DNA of 15,020 nucleotides from Candidatus Angelobacter sp. (GCA_035607015.1 DATNDF010000330.1:1-15020), one strand, 5' to 3'. Counted from the first letter of the stretch, positions 1 to 7,745 are shown. Notes: generated from the sequence alone by a model not told the origin. Numbers and translations are program-made.

Positions 1-81
1 GGAGTCGTTTGTACCGCGCGGCCATTCCGCAATAGGGTGGCGCCGAACAGAACCATCGGGGCGGCGAGCGTCACGCATCGG

Positions 82-1746
82 TCATTTCCATTCCAGAATC
101 TGCTTATCGGCCAGCAGTCGTGCGCGCAGTTTCGCGTAGTCAACCTTCTGCGCCGCCACTTTTTCATCAAGGGCCAGGCACGCGGCCGTGGCCGCCGACT
201 GGCCAAGGATCATGAACACCGGTTCCATGCGGATCGAGCCATAGGCGATGTGAGTGGCAGACAGGCAGACGGGCACAAACAGGTTTTCGCACTCGGCCGC
301 TTTCGGCGCGATCGCGCGACAAGAGATTGGATACGGCTTCATCGGCGGCACCTGCACGTCGCCTTCGTTCTCGACGTGGCCGTTCTTCACGATGCGCTGG
401 CAGTTGTGCGAGTCCATGTTGTACGCCGCGAGGCCGATGGAGTCCGCCGCGACTTCCTGGCCGCGGCAATGGTGTTCGGTCATGACATAATCGGAAACCA
501 TGCGGCGCGCTTCGCGGACGTAGAGCTGGTCCGGCCAGCCGCCGGTGTCGGGGAACTCATCCTTGCACAGGCCGAATTGTTGAATTTCCGCGCGGATGTT
601 CTCCGGCACGCGCGGGCTGGTGGCAAGAAAGTGGACAAAGCCGCGCGTGTAATTCTCATGCTCCAGCCAGATTCGCGCGCGCGTCGCGGCATTGCCATCG
701 GGATAATCGTAACTCATCCCGATGAAATCAGTTGAAAAACCTCCGTTGTTGTTGATGTCGGTCTTGCCGTTCGGCATCCAGATCGGATTCCAGAACTCGC
801 CGAGCTTCGGTTTTTTTCCGGCGGCGGCGAGCGCTTCAAGATAACGCGCAAGCAGCTCATATTTCTCCGGGTCGTAGTCCTTCGGCGGTTCGACCGGCGT
901 CCGGTTCCCGGGGTTGGTCGTAAAGCAGAGTCGAAAATTATACGTCTGCACCCGGCGGTCTCCGTCACCGGGTTTGCCGCCATCGCCCGGCTGAATGTAC
1001 GGCAGCAACCCGCTCGAAGAATCGCCCGGTTTCACGTACGGGTCCACCGGCACGATGAACTGGTGTTTCGGCGTCTGGGCGCGAATACCATCGAGTGATT
1101 CGTGGTATTGCGCGTTCGATTCGCGCCCGACGGTGTAGCTCACACCGGCTCCGGCCATCAGATCGCCTTCGTAGCTCGCATCCACGAACATTTTCGCGTG
1201 AAAGATTTTGCCGCTCGCGGCCGTGATCCCGGCGATGCGCGCGCCATCCTTTTCCACGGAAGCCAGCCGTTGATCGAAATAGACCGGCACTCTGGCTTCG
1301 TTGATCATCTGGAAAAAGATGTCCTCGGCAACGTGCGGTTCGAAGGTCCACATCGTTGCGTCCGGCCCGCCCAGACTGCTGGCTGCGGTCTGGCCGCCGC
1401 GCCGCCTGGAAAAATATTCATCGGCGGTTTCCAGCGTCCACGAGGACGGCTGCCGGTAATGCGCCGCAACCCGTTGATAAAACTCCCGCGAGATGCCGCC
1501 GATGGCCGCCTTGTTGCCGATGTCGGTTGCGCCCAGCCCGCCCGAACTCAATCCGCCGAGGTGCCGTCCGGGCTCGACGATGATCGTGGTCCTGCCCATG
1601 CGCGTCGCCTGCACGGCCGCTGCGACACCCGCACAAGTGCCGCCATACGCGCAAACGTCTGCCTCGATGACTTCGGCTGATTGAACGGCGGTCTCCGGAT
1701 GAACCAGGAGAAGAACGCAGCCCAGCCAAAGGATGCGCGGCTTCAT
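82..1746 (-). CDS. Secreted or periplasmic FAD-dependent oxidoreductase (FAD_oxidored/PF12831-like). N-terminal signal peptide MKPRILWLGCVLLLVHPETAVQSAEV, then a Rossmann dinucleotide-binding motif AYGGTCAGVAAAVQATRMG.
   Basis: 554-aa ORF starting ATG at 1746-1744 (reverse complement). GxGxxG-type FAD-binding fingerprint directly after a hydrophobic signal sequence. Long uninterrupted frame with GC-rich third positions. Confidence 0.85.
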   Translation of the reverse strand: MKPRILWLGCVLLLVHPETAVQSAEVIEADVCAYGGTCAGVAAAVQATRMGRTTIIVEPGRHLGGLSSGGLGATDIGNKAAIGGISREFYQRVAAHYRQPSSWTLETADEYFSRRRGGQTAASSLGGPDATMWTFEPHVAEDIFFQMINEARVPVYFDQRLASVEKDGARIAGITAASGKIFHAKMFVDASYEGDLMAGAGVSYTVGRESNAQYHESLDGIRAQTPKHQFIVPVDPYVKPGDSSSGLLPYIQPGDGGKPGDGDRRVQTYNFRLCFTTNPGNRTPVEPPKDYDPEKYELLARYLEALAAAGKKPKLGEFWNPIWMPNGKTDINNNGGFSTDFIGMSYDYPDGNAATRARIWLEHENYTRGFVHFLATSPRVPENIRAEIQQFGLCKDEFPDTGGWPDQLYVREARRMVSDYVMTEHHCRGQEVAADSIGLAAYNMDSHNCQRIVKNGHVENEGDVQVPPMKPYPISCRAIAPKAAECENLFVPVCLSATHIAYGSIRMEPVFMILGQSAATAACLALDEKVAAQKVDYAKLRARLLADKQILEWK

Positions 1747-1753
1747 TGGCGAC

Positions 1754-2239
1754 TTATTGGGCCTTCACCTGCGCCGCCGGCTCTTTCTTCAACGGCGCGA
1801 AATTTCCCTCCTCGCAGCATTGCACGAATCCCTCCGTCACGGCCTTCAATTCCTCCCAGCGGCCGCGGATGTTCCTGGCTTCCTGCTTCGTGATCTGGTT
1901 GTCGGTCGCGGCGGTGGCGATGACCGCGAGCAGATCGGCGAACTCCTGCACGATCTGGTTGGTCGCCGGCATGAGATGAATCGGGTGCGGCCAGGTCGCC
2001 TTGGGGTTTTTGATGAAGAACCCGCCCGCCCGCTCGCAAATCCAGTGGACCATCCGCGTGTCATTGGTGCAACGCACCAGGGCCTCGATGCGATCGAGCG
2101 GATTGGCCGCGCCGCTGCCCGTGCCATCGTCGGGTTCGGACCATTTGTAAATCATCGAGAGCGACAGGCCGAGTTCGGCGGCAATCTGTTTGGCGCTGAT
2201 TTTCTGGAAGACTTGCTGCAGCAGTTCGTGGGATTCCAT
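1754..2239 (-). CDS. Phage CII-like helix-turn-helix transcriptional regulator (161 aa).
   Basis: ORF starting ATG at 2239-2237. Segment ISAKQIAAELGLSLSMIYKWSEPDD resembles the HTH of lambda CII (AEAVGVDKSQISRWKRD). Ends 7 nt before the start of the downstream oxidoreductase, so the two are likely co-transcribed. Confidence 0.6.
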   Translation of the reverse strand: MESHELLQQVFQKISAKQIAAELGLSLSMIYKWSEPDDGTGSGAANPLDRIEALVRCTNDTRMVHWICERAGGFFIKNPKATWPHPIHLMPATNQIVQEFADLLAVIATAATDNQITKQEARNIRGRWEELKAVTEGFVQCCEEGNFAPLKKEPAAQVKAQ

Positions 2240-2303
2240 GCGCGAACGCTAGCAAACGCGAAGGCCGGACGGAAGCGCGGAGTTATAAACCCCTGACGAC
2301 TTT

Positions 2304-2364
2304 GTAAATGAACGCGCGCCCGGCACCGGCTATTGATGGCGCGGCAAATGAACTACCCGGCACC
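2304..2364. promoter_or_regulatory. Two-part direct repeat in a divergent promoter region. G(T/C)AAATGAAC at 2304-2313 and 2344-2353, each followed by CCCGGCACC at 2319-2327 and 2356-2364. Candidate operator.
   Basis: Read directly from the sequence. Both sub-elements recur in the same order about 40 bp apart, with spacers of 5 nt and 2 nt. They lie between the regulator start (2239, minus) and the nfeD start (2519, plus). Confidence 0.35.
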
Positions 2365-2518
2365 AATTGAAGCGAGCATGATCGGCGCAACCGATGGATG
2401 GTCGAACCGTCGGTGGGAGGCGATTCCCGAAGTGATTGGTCCCGGCCACACCCTTTCTGTCTTGCTCGACAGAGTCATCGGCGTTTTACTCTGACCAACA
2501 ATCAACCAGGCGGTATCT

Positions 2519-3082
2519 ATGGAATACACAATCTATCTCATCTGTTTGGGAGTTGGTTTTGTTTTCACAATGTTCAGCGCGATCTTCGGCCACATTTTTG
2601 GCCACGGCGGTCATGACGGCCACGTGGACGGCAGCGGCGGCCACGCCGAAGCGGGCATTGATTCCAGCGACATGCCGGGAGTGTCGGCGTTCAGCCCGAC
2701 GGTCATCGCTTCTTTCATCACGGCCTTTGGTGGCTTTGGTGTGATTTTCCATCAAATACCGGCCACGCACAGTCCGTGGGCCAGCGCGCCATTGGCGGTC
2801 GTGAGCGGCTTTCTGGCGGCGATTGGCGTCCTGTGGTTGTTGCGACAACTTTTCAGCCGGACGCAGAGCTCCAGCGAATCGAAGATCGGCAGTCTGGTCG
2901 GCCAGTTGGCCACGATCATCACACCAATTCCGGAAAACGGCGTCGGCGAAATCGCCTACGTCCAGGCGGGCACGCGCTACTCCGCGCCGGCGCGTGAAGA
3001 ACGTGGAACACCTGTGGCAACCGGAAAGTCTGTTAAAATCACGCGCGTCGTCGGGACGCAGTTTTATGTCGAAGCAGCCTGA
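2519..3082 (+). CDS. nfeD: NfeD-like membrane protein (short NfeD/YuaF/YqiJ type). N-terminal TM helices, a His-rich loop, and a C-terminal OB-fold-like domain.
   Basis: 187-aa ORF starting ATG at 2519. Hydrophobic segments IYLICLGVGFVFTMFSAIFG, VIASFITAFGGFGVIF and LAVVSGFLAAIGVLWLL. C-terminal GEIAYVQAGTRYSAPAR...KSVKITRVVGTQFYVE is typical of the NfeD beta-barrel. It sits immediately upstream of a flotillin gene, the conserved nfeD-SPFH pairing. Confidence 0.8.
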   Translation: MEYTIYLICLGVGFVFTMFSAIFGHIFGHGGHDGHVDGSGGHAEAGIDSSDMPGVSAFSPTVIASFITAFGGFGVIFHQIPATHSPWASAPLAVVSGFLAAIGVLWLLRQLFSRTQSSSESKIGSLVGQLATIITPIPENGVGEIAYVQAGTRYSAPAREERGTPVATGKSVKITRVVGTQFYVEAA

Positions 3083-3123
3083 CGATTTTTGAGAATCAGA
3101 ACCCGTACCCGTCCCTAACACCT

Positions 3124-4647
3124 ATGAACCCAATCCCGATGCTCGCCCAATCCCCCCTCTCCGGCGGAATCATCGCCGGCGTCGTCGTGGTGATCGCCAT
3201 TACGATCATCATCGGCATCGCTGTCGTACTCAGCCGCTACACCAAGGTCGGCCCGAACGAGGTGCTGATCGTCTCCGGCAAAAAGCACCGCTACGCAGAC
3301 CCCGACGGCACGATCAAGACGCGCGGCTTCCGCATCGTCAAGGGCGGCGGCACGTTCGTTTATCCGGTGGTGGAAAAGGTGGACATCCTTTCGCTCGAAC
3401 TGCTCACGATCGATGTTCAGACGCCGGAGGTTTATACGAGCAAAGGCGTGCCGGTGAAAGTGGACGGCGTCGCGCAGATCAAGGTCAAGGGCGACGACAT
3501 CTCCATCGCCACCGCCGCCGAACAATTCCTCGGCAAGAACACCGACGAAATCCGCAACATCGCCACGCAAACGCTCGAAGGCCATTTGCGCGCCATCCTC
3601 GGCACGATGACCGTCGAGGAGATTTACCAGAACCGCGATGCGTTCGCCTCGAAGGTCCAGGAAGTCGCCGCTGGCGACATGGCCAACATGGGTCTCGGCA
3701 TTGTGAGCTTCACGATTCGCGACATCCGCGACACCCAGGGTTATCTCGACGCTCTCGGCAAGCCGCGCATCGCCCAGGTCAAACGCGACGCCCAGATCGC
3801 CCAGGCCGAAGCCGACCGCGACGCGATGATCAAGTCGTCGCAGGCGACCCAGGCCGGACAGGAGGCAAAATTCGCCGCCGACTCAAAGATTGCCGAAGCG
3901 CAGCGCGACTACCAGTCCAACGTCGCGGGCTATCAGGCCACGGTAAACCAGAAAAAGGCCGAGGCCGATCTGGCGTATGACTTGCAGAAGTTCAAGACCG
4001 GCCAGCTCGTGAAGGCGGAGGAAGTGCAGGTGCAGATCGTTGAGAAACAAAAGCAGATCGAATTGCAACAGCAGGAAATCCTCCGCAAGCAGCGCGAACT
4101 TGAAGCGATGGTGCAAAAGCCAGCCGATGCCGAGCGCTACAAGGTCGAAACGCTGGCCAACGCGAAAAAATTCCAGCTCGAAACCGAGGCCGCCGGCACC
4201 GCTTCCGCCGCGAAGGCCACCGGTTTCGCCAACGCAGACGTTGCCAAGGCGACCGGTATTGCCGAGGCCGAAGCGAACAAGGCGCGCGGTCTGGCCGAGG
4301 CCGCCATCATCGAAGCGCAGGGCAAGGCCACCGCTTCCGCGATGCAACAAAAGGCCGAGTCGTTCAAGCAGTACAATGAGGCGGCGGTCATTGAGATGAT
4401 CGTGCGGGTGCTGCCGGAAGTGGCGGGCAGGATCAGCGAACCGCTGAGCAAGACGGAAAAGATTGTCATCATCAACAGCGGCAGCGGTCCCGGCGGCGGC
4501 GCGAGCAAACTGACCGGTGACGTGACCCAGATCATCAGCCAGTTGCCGCCGGTGCTCGAGAGCCTCACCGGCGTGAAGTTCGAAAAACTGCTGGAACAGG
4601 TGCCCGCGCTGAAGAAGGCGATGGGGAAGGATGAACCCCAAAAGTGA
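3124..4647 (+). CDS. floT: Flotillin-family SPFH/Band-7 protein (FloT/YqiK-like). N-terminal TM anchor, SPFH domain, and Ala/Glu-rich coiled-coil flotillin domain.
   Basis: 507-aa ORF starting ATG at 3124. TM segment GIIAGVVVVIAITIIIGIAVVL. The SPFH core runs VDGVAQIKVKGDD...TMTVEEIYQNRDAFASKVQE...FTIRDIRD. A long EA-repeat coiled coil (AEADRDAMIKSSQATQAGQEAKF...AEAEANKARGLAEAAIIEAQGKA) is typical of bacterial flotillins. Confidence 0.9.
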   Translation: MNPIPMLAQSPLSGGIIAGVVVVIAITIIIGIAVVLSRYTKVGPNEVLIVSGKKHRYADPDGTIKTRGFRIVKGGGTFVYPVVEKVDILSLELLTIDVQTPEVYTSKGVPVKVDGVAQIKVKGDDISIATAAEQFLGKNTDEIRNIATQTLEGHLRAILGTMTVEEIYQNRDAFASKVQEVAAGDMANMGLGIVSFTIRDIRDTQGYLDALGKPRIAQVKRDAQIAQAEADRDAMIKSSQATQAGQEAKFAADSKIAEAQRDYQSNVAGYQATVNQKKAEADLAYDLQKFKTGQLVKAEEVQVQIVEKQKQIELQQQEILRKQRELEAMVQKPADAERYKVETLANAKKFQLETEAAGTASAAKATGFANADVAKATGIAEAEANKARGLAEAAIIEAQGKATASAMQQKAESFKQYNEAAVIEMIVRVLPEVAGRISEPLSKTEKIVIINSGSGPGGGASKLTGDVTQIISQLPPVLESLTGVKFEKLLEQVPALKKAMGKDEPQK

Positions 4648-4675
4648 GGTCACACATTGGAAAGAAAGGAACACA

Positions 4676-4891
4676 ATGGCAACTCTACCTGGATTCAATT
4701 TGACAAAGCTGAACGTCGCCATTGAGGGCAAGGCCCCGGGCGTCTTCCGAAGCGCGACGGTTCATCGCGTGAAGGTGCCCGACGGCTGGTTTGTGCTGAC
4801 GGAGGGCATGCAGGGGCTGAGCGGCATCACCTTTTATCCAGACCCGAAGCACGAATGGAACGGCGGATCCGGGGAAGAGGCCGACGCATGA
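4676..4891 (+). CDS. Hypothetical small soluble protein (71 aa).
   Basis: ATG at 4676 is preceded by GAAAGGAACA (AAGGA Shine-Dalgarno about 8 nt upstream). The upstream Met at 4631 in the ORF track lies inside the flotillin 3' end. No recognisable motif. Confidence 0.5.
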   Translation: MATLPGFNLTKLNVAIEGKAPGVFRSATVHRVKVPDGWFVLTEGMQGLSGITFYPDPKHEWNGGSGEEADA

Positions 4892-4986
4892 TTTGCCGCC
4901 CAAATAAAGATGAGCTGTCTTGCCTTTTTGTGGGCCGGCCCGAGCGCCGAACGGCAACTTGAGCGCGTCGACAACCAGAAAAGTTT

Positions 4987-5178
4987 ATGGGACTGTTTTG
5001 GGACCTGATTCAGCAGAGCCAGATTTCGAGCCAATCCGGGCGCGCGGATTCACTGGAACATCGCGTCGCGATACTGGAAAAGCAGGTGAGCGCGATGGAC
5101 GGACTGCTGCGCGACATGCTCTGGAGGCTCGAGCAACGTCTGGGCGAGGACATCGATGGTGACGGCAAAGTCAGATGA
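4987..5178 (+). CDS. Hypothetical small coiled-coil protein (63 aa).
   Basis: ORF with ATG at 4987. Heptad-like LEHRVAILEKQVSAMDGLLRDMLWRLEQRL. Same strand and close spacing with its neighbours. Weak RBS. Confidence 0.4.
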   Translation: MGLFWDLIQQSQISSQSGRADSLEHRVAILEKQVSAMDGLLRDMLWRLEQRLGEDIDGDGKVR

Positions 5179-5223
5179 AAATCGGCGGACAATGGCGGAC
5201 GTTTCGGTTAATATTCAACGGCC

Positions 5224-6255
5224 ATGCAACAGGCGGACATCCAGCACTGGCTGAGGAAGAAGGCGGTTTCTGAAACCGCGACCGGCGCGCTGTTCACCGC
5301 GGGCTGCCTCGTGCTTGGCGGAATCGTGCTGGGGATCACCTATTTTTTTACTTACGCCATCGTGTGGTTTGGCTTCAACTTCGGGGTGTCCGCCTTTTCC
5401 CAGTTGTTCTTCAACCAGCGCCTCCATCTCCCTCACGGGGGGATCATGGCGGTGAGTCTTGCGTTCGTGGCGCTGCTGTTCTGGGCGAACCAGCGCATCA
5501 GCCGCGAGTATCTGGGCGCGTATCCACGCCGCAATAATCCCGGATCACTGCCGGGGCTGACCGGCTTGACGGGTTCCCTCATCTCATTGCTCGCCTACCC
5601 CGGCGCGTCCACGCGGATGATCACCGACCTGTTGTTGACCGGTCCGCGCCTGGTGATGATCGCCTGGAGCAACGCCGGAAAATCCGGCCGGCTGGCGCGG
5701 ATGGATGTCGAGACCTGCGCGCGTGTACTGGCGATTTTGCTTCAACGGGCAGGACGCGTTCCGTTTGCGGAACTCACGTCTTCCGCGGAACTGACGAATC
5801 CCGTGGCGACCTTTCGCCAGTTGCGCGACCTGGACGGGGTCGTGTTCCTGAGGGAAGAACCCATCGGACTGAGCCTGACCAGCGAACTACGGGAGGAACT
5901 CGCCGGCCTGTCCGGCCAGATTCCGCAACCGCTGCCGGCGCGGGCGGTGGAAGTGAGGCCGCTCAATCTGCCACCCGGCACGATTCACACTCTCCTGGGC
6001 GTGCCGGCGGGCGCGTCGCCCGAGGAAATCGATGTCGCCTATCGCAACTGGCTGGCGCAAACGTGCGTTCGTCAGGCAGCGAACGCGGAAAGTGACACGC
6101 GCAAGCAACAACTCGACGATCAGACCAGGGCCGTCAACGCGGCCTACGAAGCGTTTCTGGCCAAACACCGGGCGGAACAGGCCGAAGAGCAGGACGACAA
6201 GGTCGAGGGCGTTTGGGAGCAATTCAAAGGGTCCGGAAGAAAATCAGCGCTTTGA
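5224..6255 (+). CDS. Polytopic membrane protein with a C-terminal J-like domain lacking the HPD motif (DjlA-like architecture).
   Basis: 343-aa ORF starting ATG at 5224. Several N-terminal hydrophobic helices (LFTAGCLVLGGIVLGITYFFTYAIVWFGF; IMAVSLAFVALLFWA; LTGSLISLLAYPG). The C-terminus TIHTLLGVPAGASPEEIDVAYRNWLAQTCVRQ...AVNAAYEAFL aligns to the DnaJ J-domain (YYEILGV...EEIRKAYKRLAMKYHPD...EIKEAYEVL) with VRQ in place of HPD. Confidence 0.7.
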   Translation: MQQADIQHWLRKKAVSETATGALFTAGCLVLGGIVLGITYFFTYAIVWFGFNFGVSAFSQLFFNQRLHLPHGGIMAVSLAFVALLFWANQRISREYLGAYPRRNNPGSLPGLTGLTGSLISLLAYPGASTRMITDLLLTGPRLVMIAWSNAGKSGRLARMDVETCARVLAILLQRAGRVPFAELTSSAELTNPVATFRQLRDLDGVVFLREEPIGLSLTSELREELAGLSGQIPQPLPARAVEVRPLNLPPGTIHTLLGVPAGASPEEIDVAYRNWLAQTCVRQAANAESDTRKQQLDDQTRAVNAAYEAFLAKHRAEQAEEQDDKVEGVWEQFKGSGRKSAL

Positions 6256-6266
6256 CAACCGGGAGC

Positions 6267-6680
6267 ATGAGCAGACGGGATCCAGATTCAGCCGCGGGCG
6301 TGTATGTGGCGTTGTTCGCCGCGACGATGCTCTTTTGTCTGATCGGCGCGTTGGTCCTGCCGCCGTCGATCTCCCTGAGCAAATGGCTGGGACTGCCCGC
6401 GCTGGTCGGTTTCTGCGCTGGAATACCCTTGTTAAACCGGTCGGCTCACCGGAGCCGGATCCGCGAAGCGGTGGAAGAAACCGGGGACAGCGTTGTCCGC
6501 ATCAAACGACTGTCGTTCTGGCAGCAATTCTGGCAGGTACGACCCTACCTCCGGCTGACCGGCGTAAGGCACGAAGTGGATTACGTGGATGCAACCGGCC
6601 TGCTGCACCACGCCCTTTGCTACACCAGTTGGTTCATCGGGGTAGAATGGCTGGACGATGTCACTGAGAATTCCAACTAA
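6267..6680 (+). CDS. Hypothetical small membrane protein (2 predicted TM helices plus a C-terminal soluble domain).
   Basis: Preferred start is ATG at 6267, preceded by GGGAG. The ORF-track start at 6213 would overlap the upstream gene by 43 nt. TM segments VYVALFAATMLFCLIGALVL and LGLPALVGFCAGIPLL. Stop is 3 nt before the next gene. Confidence 0.55.
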   Translation: MSRRDPDSAAGVYVALFAATMLFCLIGALVLPPSISLSKWLGLPALVGFCAGIPLLNRSAHRSRIREAVEETGDSVVRIKRLSFWQQFWQVRPYLRLTGVRHEVDYVDATGLLHHALCYTSWFIGVEWLDDVTENSN

Positions 6681-6683
6681 CCT

Positions 6684-7745
6684 ATGCGTCTGCTCGAAGC
6701 CATCATCGAAGCGAACCAGCGCGCGGTCGCGGCGAACACGACGGCGGCCTTGAATGCCACGGAGTTCGCCGACGCCCTGCCGCTGGTGGCGCTGACGTGC
6801 ATTGATCCGCGCCTGAACAAGCTGGTTCCCGAGATGCTCGGCGTGCCTGAGGAGCAGTTCATCTGGTTGAGGAACGCGGGCAACATTATTTTCGAGCCAA
6901 TGAGTTCGATGATGCGAACGCTCGCGCTGGCCTGCGCCGTCAAGGGTGGGAAGGAAATCGCCATCATCGGCCACTCGGATTGCCAGGTCTGCAAGACCAC
7001 CGTGATGAAGTTGACCGACGCTTTTCGGTCGCTGGGCGTGGACCGCGCAAAGCTGCCGGAGAACATGAACGAATTTTTCGGCCTGTTCGCCAGCGAACGC
7101 CAGAACGTGCTTCGGGGCGCCGAAATCGTCCGGCAAAGCCCGCTTATCGGGTCGAAAGTTCCGGTGCACGGATTGTTGATGGACGTCCAGAGCGGCAGGC
7201 TTGAATGGCTCGTGGACGGTTACCGGACGATGGGCGCGCCGGTGGCTTCAGTCGCCGAAACGGTTCGCGACACCATTGGCGAAAAGGTCAAACAGGCGGC
7301 CGAAGACGCGCTGAACTTCGTCACCGCCAAACTGCCCGAGTTCAATCCCGGTGAAATGAAATTTCCCGAATTCAAAATCGGCGAGACGACGGTGAATCCA
7401 AACCAATGGCTGGCCGACGTGAAAGCGATCACCGCCGCCGCCATCGGCGGGCCGTCAACCGGGAGCGCTCAAACGCCGAAGACCGAACCGGAACGAAAAC
7501 TTGACCCGACGCGCAAGTACCGCGTCATCGGCGCCGATCAAAAGGTGTACGGACCGATTGACGGCGGGAAGATTCTGGAATGGATTGCGGACGGACGCAT
7601 TGACTGGCAGACACCCGCGCAGGCCGAAGGCAGTGGCGAATGGAAGCCACTGGGGACCTGGGCGGATTCCCCGAAGTCTCCGACCATCCCGCTGCCGCCG
7701 CCCGTCCAGCCGGCCCCGCAGTTGCGCAAAGCGCGGCGGCGCTGA
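6684..7745 (+). CDS. Beta-class carbonic-anhydrase-like domain with variant active-site motifs, fused to a C-terminal DUF4339/GYF-like domain.
   Basis: 353-aa ORF starting ATG at 6684. LTCIDPR matches the beta-CA CxDxR motif and IIGHSDCQ matches HxxC(G), so the Cys-His-Cys zinc ligands and the Asp/Arg dyad are present. C-terminal KYRVIGADQKVYGPIDGGKILEWIADGRIDWQTPAQAEGSGEWKPLGTW fits the DUF4339 pattern (Y.V.G....GP......L......G.I...T.......W.P), followed by a Pro-rich tail. Confidence 0.75.
   Translation: MRLLEAIIEANQRAVAANTTAALNATEFADALPLVALTCIDPRLNKLVPEMLGVPEEQFIWLRNAGNIIFEPMSSMMRTLALACAVKGGKEIAIIGHSDCQVCKTTVMKLTDAFRSLGVDRAKLPENMNEFFGLFASERQNVLRGAEIVRQSPLIGSKVPVHGLLMDVQSGRLEWLVDGYRTMGAPVASVAETVRDTIGEKVKQAAEDALNFVTAKLPEFNPGEMKFPEFKIGETTVNPNQWLADVKAITAAAIGGPSTGSAQTPKTEPERKLDPTRKYRVIGADQKVYGPIDGGKILEWIADGRIDWQTPAQAEGSGEWKPLGTWADSPKSPTIPLPPPVQPAPQLRKARRR

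Noticed and set aside
37-735. 232-aa plus-strand ORF at the window start
   Set aside because: It lies entirely antisense to the well-supported FAD-oxidoreductase gene (82-1746, minus). Its protein is Arg/Ala/His-rich low-complexity, typical of spurious antisense frames in GC-rich DNA.
3883-4731. 282-aa minus-strand ORF opposite the flotillin gene and 245-aa ORF (6432-7169) opposite the beta-CA-like gene
   Set aside because: Antisense frames of the GC-rich, Ala/Glu-codon-rich coding sequence. No motifs, Leu/Arg/Gly-rich composition.
4932-4941. Perfect 10-bp palindrome GGGCCGGCCC in the 4892-4986 intergenic gap
   Set aside because: Too short, with no loop and no following T-tract to call a terminator. 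Such palindromes are common by chance in GC-rich DNA. It may be a restriction-type site (contains GGCCGGCC) but nothing supports a function.
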